24,249 bases of DNA, from the IMG/VR virus record IMGVR_UViG_3300014656_000137, positions 1-24,249 of that record, one strand, 5' to 3'. The position numbers and the translations under genes were made by a program. This DNA comes from a virus. Taxonomy: Duplodnaviria > Caudoviricetes. How positions within the stretch are numbered: the stretch's first letter is position 1; each line of letters opens with the position of its first letter. The notes under the pieces were generated by a model. It was given only the letters and a program-made list of their open reading frames with translations. It was not told where the DNA came from and did no database searches. Positions 1-8,240 of this stretch are shown in pieces.

Positions 1-75
1 CATCGGAGTTAGTGGGATGATCATGACGACTATAATCATTTGCATAAGGTATTGAATCCCCTTTAGGCACTTCAT
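1..75 (-). CDS. 5' end of a gene running off the window; N-terminus resembles a signal peptide
   Basis: AAGGAGG RBS upstream of ATG at 75. Hand translation gives MKCLKGIQYLMQMIIVVMIIPLTPM (basic then hydrophobic). Not in the ORF track. Confidence 0.7.
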   Translation of the reverse strand, partial: MKCLKGIQYLMQMIIVVMIIPLTPM

Positions 76-86
76 GAACCCCTCCT

Positions 87-968
87 TTAAGCTGCGTTAT
101 CAATCAAGCAAGTGTCTGACATTAGAAGATATGAAATCTTCCCCGCCGTGTAAGACGTATTGAATCGCATTAAACCATAAAGATTAGAGGTGAATGATCC
201 ATTCGCCCATATACAAGTGTCTATTGCTGTGAGCCTTTGATTGGTTGGAAAATCACTCCATTTTGTAGGCTGACCATTAACTCCACTTCCCGCCGCTGTC
301 CAACCACACCTAACATACGTTCCGTCAGAGAACCAACACGCATAAACTATTCCTGATATCGCAATCGGTGTTGTAAGTGTTGTATCGATTATTTTATGTC
401 CACTCGATTCCCATACCTGCCAAGTGTTTTGAAAAGCCCCTAAAGTATGACCGTCCGTCCCTTCGTATATATAAAGAGGACAAGCGTGCCCTGCTGTTTG
501 TGCTTCCGTTATATCCAGTCCCTTAATAATTAACGTCCATATTGACGTCCCGTTGCTAACTATATCGTAGGTAGCTTGAGACCATGACATCCAGTCGTCT
601 GTTCCATCAAATTCCCGAGTAGGAGGACTTCCAGTTGCAGCAGCCAAACCCCCATGCTGCGTACCCACAAGATCTGCCCCTGTGAGTGGAACCGTCCTAC
701 TATCAACCCCTGTTTCGTTTGCGGCCGCTCCACCTTCCATTAACCAGACAGCGGAATTCGATACTATCTCCGTATTTTCCTTCCATGTGGCGTATGTCGG
801 CGTCGAAGATCCGCCCGCGTGCCCATTGATAAAAATATTGGCCGCCTGGGCCTCCTTGACAAGGGAGACCCCTCCGAGCCGGTGAAGGACCTGGAAGGCC
901 TCCCATCCTCCAACAACACCGGCCGCCTTCAACGCGCCGATTATAAATTTACGCCGATCGAGATCCAT
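87..968 (-). CDS. Tat-signal protein with a probable ConA/LamG-like lectin domain (tail-distal, candidate receptor-binding/accessory protein)
   Basis: N-terminal DRRKFI twin-arginine motif, hydrophobic stretch and AQA cleavage-like site. FDGTDDW is typical of LamG-like domains. TAATG overlap with the upstream gene. Confidence 0.65.
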   Translation of the reverse strand: MDLDRRKFIIGALKAAGVVGGWEAFQVLHRLGGVSLVKEAQAANIFINGHAGGSSTPTYATWKENTEIVSNSAVWLMEGGAAANETGVDSRTVPLTGADLVGTQHGGLAAATGSPPTREFDGTDDWMSWSQATYDIVSNGTSIWTLIIKGLDITEAQTAGHACPLYIYEGTDGHTLGAFQNTWQVWESSGHKIIDTTLTTPIAISGIVYACWFSDGTYVRCGWTAAGSGVNGQPTKWSDFPTNQRLTAIDTCIWANGSFTSNLYGLMRFNTSYTAGKISYLLMSDTCLIDNAA

Positions 969-2086
969 TACGGCCTCGCTCCCATATACCGGCCCACGAT
1001 CTCGATGGCGATCCAGTCCGGTGTGCCAATACCATAATCCAGTAAAATAGTGCGATCCTGCGGGACCGCAGAGACGCCGGTATTATACTCCTTGGAATAA
1101 ACTGATGTGCCTGCCGTGGTCATATTAACGAAATTGAATAGGGTCACCCCCGCCCCGAATTGAAAATTTATCGGCGTCGATGAATAGCTGATCCCCTCGA
1201 TGCTGTTTCCGGAGGTGCTGCAATAAAACGTAGCGCCGGTAATATAGAGGGTCTGACCGGTCAGGTTTTTCCAGATCGGCTGCTGGTTTTTATTGTCCAG
1301 GAGATCCGGGCTGGTGATGATGACGTAGATGCGCTCTTCCAGCGGCAAATTGTAGCCGGCCCCGCTAACTCCCACCTGCAATGATTTGTCATTGGTATCC
1401 ACGTATATAGCGCCGCTCTGTGTCGCCGTGGGGCTCGTGCCTGATGGGCCGGTCAAGCCGCTGCGGGCGTTGATTTTCGCAGCGTCCGCCATGTCGCTGA
1501 TATACGCGCCCTGGAATATGGGTGTGGCCCCGGAATGGACGTTCTGGTCCATGTTGTATTTCGGCATCGGCATATACCGGAGGTCCTTGAGCCTGACGAT
1601 GTCTCCGGCCTCCGTCCATGCGACGGCAATCGGAACGTGCGCGAACCCGGAGGCCCCTGACGGGATGTCATATTCCGTGGATCGTGCCTGGATAGTCGCA
1701 CCGGAAGAAACGCTCGCCGTCACGGCAGAGAGCCAGCTCATGGTGTTATTCGCCAGGGTCGTTGCGCCACTCGGGAGATATTTAGAGACGCCGCTGAACT
1801 GCACCCATCCCGCACTCCAGGAAAGGCTCAGCCCTCCGCCATCCGAGGGCGTGGCACCGGAGAAAACCAGGTTGCCCTCCAGCACCGGCATTATAGCGAC
1901 CTCGAATATTTTGTGATTTATCCGGAACGCATCGTCCCATCCCACGTCCCCCTGGGCGGGCATCTCCAGACCGAACTTATCGGTGTAGGTGGACGTGCCG
2001 AATGCCCAGTAAGGTGATGACAAAATTGCTGCGAGAAAAAGCACAACAAAAACGAGGTATGCGAATAATGCTTTATCTTCTTTCAT
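968..2086 (-). CDS. Tail fibre-like protein preceded by a Sec-type signal peptide
   Basis: MKEDK plus a hydrophobic run ending AFG, then TYTDKFGLEMPAQGDVGW, which resembles the N-terminal attachment motif of many phage fibre proteins. Ser/Thr/Gly-rich. Located in the tail-tip cluster. Confidence 0.6.
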   Translation of the reverse strand: MKEDKALFAYLVFVVLFLAAILSSPYWAFGTSTYTDKFGLEMPAQGDVGWDDAFRINHKIFEVAIMPVLEGNLVFSGATPSDGGGLSLSWSAGWVQFSGVSKYLPSGATTLANNTMSWLSAVTASVSSGATIQARSTEYDIPSGASGFAHVPIAVAWTEAGDIVRLKDLRYMPMPKYNMDQNVHSGATPIFQGAYISDMADAAKINARSGLTGPSGTSPTATQSGAIYVDTNDKSLQVGVSGAGYNLPLEERIYVIITSPDLLDNKNQQPIWKNLTGQTLYITGATFYCSTSGNSIEGISYSSTPINFQFGAGVTLFNFVNMTTAGTSVYSKEYNTGVSAVPQDRTILLDYGIGTPDWIAIEIVGRYMGARP

Positions 2087-2088
2087 TT

Positions 2089-2145
2089 AAATCCCCCTCA
2101 ATCCCCCTTTACAAAAGGAGGAAGGGCATGTCCCCCTTTAGAAGT
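2089..2145. repeat. CCCCCTTT-nn-AAAGG(G)GG palindromic repeat, copy 1 (intergenic)
   Basis: aatccccctcaatccccctttacaaaaggagg...tccccctttagaag. Related copies at 15886-15918 and 23556-23621 are in the opposite orientation. Confidence 0.8.
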
Positions 2146-2150
2146 GAAAA

Positions 2151-2714
2151 CTAACTGAACGTAATTGTCCATGTCAGAACCATCGAGTCCCCGGCGCCCT
2201 TATTTTTTACAGAAAAGACGGACCGGCAGAGCATGACGCCCGCACTGGCCTGATTAAATATTCCCGCCTCGGTCAACGCGCCCGTGCCGTCCCCGGCCGC
2301 CCACGTGCATATATAGATGACGCCCGCGCCGCTCTGTGTGGTGCTGTCGAGGGCGTTTCGGTCGAGCTCAGTCACCAGGGCCGTATCCGATGCGGCGGCT
2401 GCCGTCGTGCCCGTGCCGACCGACATGTGCGTCATGGCGGCGTTGCCCTGGTCGCTCATCTGGTCGGCGACATGCTGCAGCCCGACCGTCACGACCAGAT
2501 TGGGAAACTGATCGCAGACCTTCAGCGCACCGTCCGGCCCCCAGATCCGGAGATCCACGTCGCCCACGACATTGATGCCGTGTTTCAGAAAATGCTCCAG
2601 GTTGCCCTTGCCGGACAGGAGCAGCCGGATCACCTTCGCGGCATAAGCCACATCCTGGGTTCTGCGCCAGGTGTCGTTCAAAACCTTCAATAATATCTTT
2701 TGCGTACCGTTCAT
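2151..2714 (-). CDS. Tail-tip/baseplate fibre-attachment protein
   Basis: NLVVTVG...MSVGTGTTAAAASDTAL...LTEAGIFN...W-I-F pattern common in phage upper-baseplate/collar proteins. Start moved to ATG 2714, which overlaps the upstream stop (ATGA). Confidence 0.7.
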   Translation of the reverse strand: MNGTQKILLKVLNDTWRRTQDVAYAAKVIRLLLSGKGNLEHFLKHGINVVGDVDLRIWGPDGALKVCDQFPNLVVTVGLQHVADQMSDQGNAAMTHMSVGTGTTAAAASDTALVTELDRNALDSTTQSGAGVIYICTWAAGDGTGALTEAGIFNQASAGVMLCRSVFSVKNKGAGDSMVLTWTITFS

Positions 2715-3001
2715 ATCCACCCCCCATCCGTCTTGATTATCGGCCGTCCGTTCAGCCGCGCTGTAAATATATTTCCGCATCCCGGGCAGAACATATCCGG
2801 CCTCACCGGATAGCCCGCCTCGCAGGGTGCGAACTCATGCACCCCGTCATCGGATTTCTTTAAATAATAGATGTGTCTCCCACAAATTGAGCAAAAAACG
2901 CGCGGCGCTTTATCCATGTGCACGTCCAGCTTATCAAGCGTGGTGACCCGGTCATTGACCCCGCTTACTGCCCTGATAAAGTTTTTAACCGCTTCTCTCA
3001 T
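2711..3001 (-). CDS. Small Zn-finger protein (CSIC...CPGC)
   Basis: Two CxxC pairs. Start placed at MREAVKNF (3001) because the upstream extension in the ORF track is tandem-repeat DNA. Confidence 0.65.
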   Translation of the reverse strand: MREAVKNFIRAVSGVNDRVTTLDKLDVHMDKAPRVFCSICGRHIYYLKKSDDGVHEFAPCEAGYPVRPDMFCPGCGNIFTARLNGRPIIKTDGGWI

Positions 3002-3004
3002 TGC

Positions 3005-3091
3005 GTGTCCGTTATCCGTGTCCGTTATCCGTGTCCCTGTCTGCGTTCGGTAACGCACAGGCAGGCGTTGTCCGTGCCCGTTGTCCGTGTC
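3005..3091. repeat. Intergenic 13-bp tandem repeat (GTGTCCGTTRTCC) interrupted by a 30-bp palindromic element at 3036-3065
   Basis: gtgtccgttatcc x2, gtgtc[cctgtctgcgttcggtaacgcacaggcagg]cgttgtcc, gtgcccgttgtcc. Confidence 0.9.
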
Positions 3092-3100
3092 GCTTTCCGC

Positions 3101-6100
3101 TTACCGTCCAAACGGCTCCGCCCCGAATCCTTCACCCTCTGTCCAGGGCGATCCGAATCCGCTGCTAAATAGGATCGTGTCCGTGACCGTGACCGTGTCC
3201 GACAATACGGCGCTGAGGGCCGAAACCAGCTCATCCAGCACGGCCACGAACTCCTCCGGGTTGGCGTCGAACTCATTCATGCTCCCGAACCGATCCAGTC
3301 CGAACTGCCCCAGGCCGAACCCGGCCCCGATTGCCTTATCCAGGTACCCGGTGACGGTGACGCTGTCGCTCAGCGCGACGCCCATGTTTGCGACAAGCGT
3401 GTCCGTGGCCGTGACCGTATCCGCCTGGGAAATCACCCAGGCCGTTACGATGGCCAGGGCCTCGGAGACGGTGACCTCATCGTCGTAATTAAAACCGAAC
3501 TGGAGCAGGTCGCTCACACCCACCTGGTTGATAATCTGATCCGCAAAAAGGAAATCGATATGGAGCAGATCCGCCACCTTGACCGAGTCGCCTTTCGCAA
3601 TCCGGATCAGGCGGTACCAGGTCTCGGCTATGATACGGAGGAGGTTCATGCGTTTCAGTTTTCCGCTCCCGAAAATCCTCTCGATGTCCGCCACCCGCAT
3701 GGCCGCCTTGCTGAGGCTCATGAAATCATGGGTCAGCTCGAAATGGTCCTCTTTTTGCAAATCGAAATAGGGCAAGAACGTATCGATGGTATAAAACTGC
3801 GACAGGGCACCGTCCTCCAGGTAAAACTCGGCGAGATCCGCCGCCATTGTTGCGTCGCGCACCAGGTCGAACGTGAACCGGTCGTTCCTCTCCCTGATCC
3901 CGTGCAGATAGATGCTCTCGTTATTCTGCCGGGTGGTCATGGAGAGATAACCCTCCACCCCGGCCGTTTCTTTCGTCCAGTCCCTGTAATAATAAAGGTT
4001 GGCCCGGTTGACCATGTCCATGACGTTTTTCCGCTGCATGGCCGTGCCCTTCATCCGGATGGCCGACGTTGATTGTGTCAGGGACTTGTCGATGGTCCAG
4101 TCGTCGTGAACCTCCTTTAATTTCATGAAGGCCTTGCCCGCGTCCCAGAACCAGCGCGACCGGCATTCCCTGGCCAGCTTCTTGTCCGCCTCCCTGACGG
4201 TCATGGCGCCGTCGAGTACTCCGTCAAACGTGTAATCCAGTGCCGCGTATCTCACGCCTGCGGCCGTAAATGATGCGGAATCGATCAGGCTCGCGGGCAG
4301 ATCGCCCCGTGCCATGAGGAGCCATTTGCGCACGTGGTCGGGCCGGGTGATGACGGCGTTCGCCGTGTCCGTGTAGGTGCCGTCGTCATCATCGATCAGG
4401 CCATCCACGTCCACCGTCACCTCGTCGCTGAAGAGCCGCTCACTCCTGCGGAATTCAATGTCAAAAAAAACATGCAAAATAAACACGGTCACATCGTCCA
4501 CCGTTCCATCGTATGCGACGCGGATCTCCTTGTCCGTAAACCAGCCCCATTCCAGGGCCACATAATCGGTGATGTCGAAGAGTTCCACAACGGTCCTGGT
4601 GGGCAGGCCGGAGTCGATCACCTCCATAGCGACGTTATCGGTTGCAAGGTCATTGACGTCCGTGACCGTTTTGTCCGAATCAAGTGCCAATGCGCCGGAG
4701 CTGACCATATTCATGCCAACACCGGTATAGGCCATATCGATGGACGTGTTGGTAAGGTAATCGATATAAATCTCGAATACCATGAGCTGGATATTAGGGA
4801 ACGGGGACCCCAGCCATTTAAAATAAATCGTCACGGTCCCTGATCCTGGGCTGATTGAAAAATTTGCATCTCCGCTGCCACCCTGGATCCATGCTCCGCC
4901 GCCGACCTTGAACCCGCACCCGTAATTGGGAGAAGTCCGAAAGTGAAGTGTCGCCCCGGAAAAGCCGGCCGGTCCCGGCACGGTCGTCGATTTAACATCC
5001 GTGCCGTTCATGGATACCGATACCTGGCTCGTCGCATGGACCCTTTGCGTAACACTCAATCCGCTCGATCCATGCAGATGGGGGTCTTCTTGGGTTGCAT
5101 AGGTCGGATCGGAAAATAAATGCCTGTGCTCTCCGCTGATACTGTGGCTGTGGCCGTGGTCGATGTCCACCTCGGCATCCAGGGAGAGATTGTCGTCTTC
5201 ATTCGGGAATTCCAGGTAACCGAGGTCGCCGATCCCGACGATGCTCACCTTGACCCGGTCATGCGTCAGGGCGATGCCATCCGCCCACCACTCCACCGCC
5301 AGGTAGGCCTTGACGATCTCGCCCCGGTCCGGGTTGACGGTCTTTTGCTGGACCGCCAGCAGGGAATAGGTCTCGTTGATCTGGGCGGCCGATGTGACCG
5401 CCGCATCGTCATAGGCGAGATGCGGCTGGATGGCCGTGTTGACGGCCTGATTAACCGCGTCGAACTGCATCTCCAGGAACGTGGAGCCGCGAGAGTAATC
5501 CATTGCATAGGGTTTCTCGGAAAAGACGAGCCGGGCGGGATCCAGGGCCGTGTACGCGGTATAAATCGAGGAGGGCGCGGGCAATCCGGCCACCTTGACG
5601 CCGTTGACGGCGGAGATGCCGCCCTTGCCTATGATATAGGTGAAGTCCGTCACGTGCTCCTGGATCTCCTCCTGGTTCAGATGCTCCGCCGCCGTGGTGC
5701 CGTCCGCCCCGCGCTGCGAGATGATGAAGTCGTTTTCCGTGCGGGACGAGTAGGTCATGCGCTCGCCGCCGATCTGGATGGTGCCGGACTGCGGGAATCC
5801 CTCCGCGTCCAGGTCCTCGTTTGACGTGACCGCGACCGTGTCCGTTAAGATGGAACCGTCGAGCGTTGCCTTGGGCGCCGTCCGGGCAACCAGAGTGCGG
5901 ACATAGCCGGGCGATCCGATCACGACGGGGATATATTTCCCGATATCCTGCTCCCTGGCATTCGGCCAGTTGGCAAGTGTGAGCAGATCCCCGACCGGGT
6001 TATCATAGAGCATGCCGATGCTGACCAGGTCGATCCTGAGGAGGCGGCTCACCTCATCCGCCTGAATGGGGTCCTGGCAGACGAAGGTGTCGATCAGGGC

Positions 6101-6451
6101 CTTGTTTGATTCCGCGATCCCGTAAAACCACTGGTAGACATCCACCAGGATGTCCTCCGGGTCCTCATCAAGAAAATAATCGGAAAAGGGCGTCGTCCCC
6201 CCGTTCCAGAGCGTGATGATCATCTGCCGGATTTCGGATGCCTCCGGGCTCATGGGATCCCCGGCGCCCCGCAGGTCGCCCCAGTCCTCCACCAGGGCGC
6301 TGTATTCATCGGCCAGCCCGTCCGTCGCGCCCAGGGCCTGGTCGCTCACATGGACGTCCCCCGCCGCGAAATGGAACACGGCCAGCAGCCGGGGCCTGCG
6401 CCCGGATGCGCTCATGGCGTTCTGGAAGGGTGTGGTCAGGTCAGTGCGCAT
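3101..6451 (-). CDS. Large tail-tip protein (hub/central fibre-like, multi-domain)
   Basis: About 1116 aa, directly after the TMP and Dit-like genes. Internal HxH cluster and C-terminal D-x-V-x-V-x-D and FG repeats. Start placed at MRTDLTT (6451). Confidence 0.75.
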   Translation of the reverse strand: MRTDLTTPFQNAMSASGRRPRLLAVFHFAAGDVHVSDQALGATDGLADEYSALVEDWGDLRGAGDPMSPEASEIRQMIITLWNGGTTPFSDYFLDEDPEDILVDVYQWFYGIAESNKALIDTFVCQDPIQADEVSRLLRIDLVSIGMLYDNPVGDLLTLANWPNAREQDIGKYIPVVIGSPGYVRTLVARTAPKATLDGSILTDTVAVTSNEDLDAEGFPQSGTIQIGGERMTYSSRTENDFIISQRGADGTTAAEHLNQEEIQEHVTDFTYIIGKGGISAVNGVKVAGLPAPSSIYTAYTALDPARLVFSEKPYAMDYSRGSTFLEMQFDAVNQAVNTAIQPHLAYDDAAVTSAAQINETYSLLAVQQKTVNPDRGEIVKAYLAVEWWADGIALTHDRVKVSIVGIGDLGYLEFPNEDDNLSLDAEVDIDHGHSHSISGEHRHLFSDPTYATQEDPHLHGSSGLSVTQRVHATSQVSVSMNGTDVKSTTVPGPAGFSGATLHFRTSPNYGCGFKVGGGAWIQGGSGDANFSISPGSGTVTIYFKWLGSPFPNIQLMVFEIYIDYLTNTSIDMAYTGVGMNMVSSGALALDSDKTVTDVNDLATDNVAMEVIDSGLPTRTVVELFDITDYVALEWGWFTDKEIRVAYDGTVDDVTVFILHVFFDIEFRRSERLFSDEVTVDVDGLIDDDDGTYTDTANAVITRPDHVRKWLLMARGDLPASLIDSASFTAAGVRYAALDYTFDGVLDGAMTVREADKKLARECRSRWFWDAGKAFMKLKEVHDDWTIDKSLTQSTSAIRMKGTAMQRKNVMDMVNRANLYYYRDWTKETAGVEGYLSMTTRQNNESIYLHGIRERNDRFTFDLVRDATMAADLAEFYLEDGALSQFYTIDTFLPYFDLQKEDHFELTHDFMSLSKAAMRVADIERIFGSGKLKRMNLLRIIAETWYRLIRIAKGDSVKVADLLHIDFLFADQIINQVGVSDLLQFGFNYDDEVTVSEALAIVTAWVISQADTVTATDTLVANMGVALSDSVTVTGYLDKAIGAGFGLGQFGLDRFGSMNEFDANPEEFVAVLDELVSALSAVLSDTVTVTDTILFSSGFGSPWTEGEGFGAEPFGR

Positions 6452-6475
6452 TGTTCGTGTCCGTTGATCGTTGTT

Positions 6476-6518
6476 TCGCAACCGGGAGGTTTATCCGCCT
6501 CTGGAGGGTTGCTCCTAC
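6476..6518 (-). repeat. GTAG-type REP palindrome carrying an internal insertion
   Basis: Minus strand reads GTAGGAGCAACC-CTCCAGAGGCGGATAAACC-TCCCGGTTGCGA. Uninterrupted copies at 11799-11822 and 23040-23063. Confidence 0.8.
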
Positions 6519-6548
6519 GCTTTGCGCTCACCGCTCTGCGTTCTGCGC

Positions 6549-6926
6549 CTATGGTGTCGAAATAATCTCCAGCGTGATCGCGTCCGGGTCGTTGCGGTTA
6601 TACGATGTCCGTGGCGCCCGGAACGTATCGTCGATCCATCTGACCGTGTGGCTCGTAGAGTCCTCGTCAATGAGTGTGAACGTGTTGACGGCCCCGTTGG
6701 CCACCGTGTCATGCCAGGTCCTGAAAAGGGCCGCCTCCGCATCGGTCAGCCTCCGCATCGGCAGCACGCGCGTGTAGATCGTCACGCCCAGTTCCTCCAC
6801 CTGGAGCGCGCCCCCGGCCGTCCGGTCCAGCACCTGGACCTTTTCCTGTGGCCGGTCCAGGCCGTAGATGACCTTGCTCAGGGTGAGGTCGCTGTATCCC
6901 GATTTTACGAAAGTAATATTCGGCAT
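6549..6926 (-). CDS. Distal tail protein (Dit/lambda gpM-like position)
   Basis: 125 aa immediately after the tape measure gene. DRTAGG...F-W...NG...FT pattern typical of small distal tail proteins. Confidence 0.6.
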   Translation of the reverse strand: MPNITFVKSGYSDLTLSKVIYGLDRPQEKVQVLDRTAGGALQVEELGVTIYTRVLPMRRLTDAEAALFRTWHDTVANGAVNTFTLIDEDSTSHTVRWIDDTFRAPRTSYNRNDPDAITLEIISTP

Positions 6927-8240
6927 CTATCGGCTCTCCTGCCTGGCAAGTTGTGATGCGATATCGATTATCTGGTTTTTGCTGAGGTTCTGATTGAAAT
7001 AATTATTGACCGTTGTGGACCCTTTATTCTGTAAATATTCCTCCCAATACTGCTGCGACCCTTTTGCGGGCGGCGGCCCGAACCCATCTGAAAGGTTTGT
7101 AGAGGATGATACGCCCCCGGAATTCACCCAGGGCATATTCAGATTATTACCAAAAGAGCCCGCCGGTATCTGCGGGCTGGTTTCCTGCATGCCTTTGGCC
7201 AGAGCGTTAACAAAATCAGGTATGCCCAATACTGCTTTCTCGATAGCCCCGCTTAAGTTCCAGAGCCATTGTATGGGCTTTGTGATGGTATCTACAAACA
7301 ACACAAATGATTCTATATTTTTTATCATGCTTTCAAGTAGGCCGATAAATCCTTTCTCGGACCCTCCAAATATTGTTTCAATTTTTATCCAGATTGATGT
7401 CAGCCAGTTCAAAATCGTCTGGCCGGTATTGGTCGCCCAGTTCATAATCTGGTCCTTGTTCTGATCGAGATATTCGGTCCACGTTTTGAATTTCTCCGTG
7501 ACAGCATCGATGGCCTTCAGGACCACCGGGTTTTTGATAATCATGTCGCCGATCTTTTCCAGCAGGTCGCCGAAATAACTCTTCATCATCCCGATTTTTC
7601 CCGCAAAGGTCTCCGCCTGGGCAGCCGCCTGGCCCCCGAACTCCATGTTGATCTCTTCCAGCACGGCCTGGAAACCTTTTGCCTTATAAGCCGCCTCATC
7701 CACGATGATGCCGTACCGGCTCAGCATGCCCGTCTCACCGACCGCAGCCTTGCCGACCAAAATAGCCGCGCTCATCAGGTCCTGACCCGTAGCCTTGGCC
7801 AGGTCCAGGGTCGCCTTTGTGGCGTCTTTCAATACGTCCTCTTCCAGCTTAAACGTTTGCAGCATGGCCATCACCCCCAAAATCGTCTCGTCCCCGATGG
7901 CCGTCGTCGCCTGAAGGGCGGAGGCATAGGTTTTAAATGAATCCATGAGGTTGACATTATACCTCCCCGTGCTCCTCATGGCCGCCTCCAGCTTCTTTTC
8001 AGCCAGCTCCTGTGCCGATGCCAGCTCAATCACCTTTTTCGTGAGGAGCCCGATCCCAGCGGTACCCGCGAGCATGCCGATAATGGTGCGCCAGTCCGTA
8101 AACACCCGAAGAACCCCCTTGGCCTTGTTCGCGAGGGTATCGAGGTGCCCCTTGATCTTGTTCGTGATTTTTCCGAAATCGGAAGATGCCTTGTCTTCTA
8201 CGGCTATGGTTAGATTTATAGCTCCGGTATTCGCAGCCAT
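6927..8240 (-). CDS. Tape measure protein (short, about 437 aa)
   Basis: Ala/Gly-rich helical protein with the ASALQATTAIGDE...ATLDLAKATGQDL...LSRYGI...FGGQAAAQAETFAGK TMP signature. Follows the chaperone pair. Start at MAANT. Confidence 0.88.
   Translation of the reverse strand: MAANTGAINLTIAVEDKASSDFGKITNKIKGHLDTLANKAKGVLRVFTDWRTIIGMLAGTAGIGLLTKKVIELASAQELAEKKLEAAMRSTGRYNVNLMDSFKTYASALQATTAIGDETILGVMAMLQTFKLEEDVLKDATKATLDLAKATGQDLMSAAILVGKAAVGETGMLSRYGIIVDEAAYKAKGFQAVLEEINMEFGGQAAAQAETFAGKIGMMKSYFGDLLEKIGDMIIKNPVVLKAIDAVTEKFKTWTEYLDQNKDQIMNWATNTGQTILNWLTSIWIKIETIFGGSEKGFIGLLESMIKNIESFVLFVDTITKPIQWLWNLSGAIEKAVLGIPDFVNALAKGMQETSPQIPAGSFGNNLNMPWVNSGGVSSSTNLSDGFGPPPAKGSQQYWEEYLQNKGSTTVNNYFNQNLSKNQIIDIASQLARQESR

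Noticed and set aside
87-2086. Diversity-generating retroelement target in the tail-distal genes
   Set aside because: No reverse transcriptase and no TR/VR pair differing at adenines was seen in the window. It cannot be excluded beyond the left edge.
3005-3091. Possible CRISPR-like mini-array from the 30-bp palindrome
   Set aside because: Copies are kilobases apart with no repeat-spacer periodicity and no cas genes.
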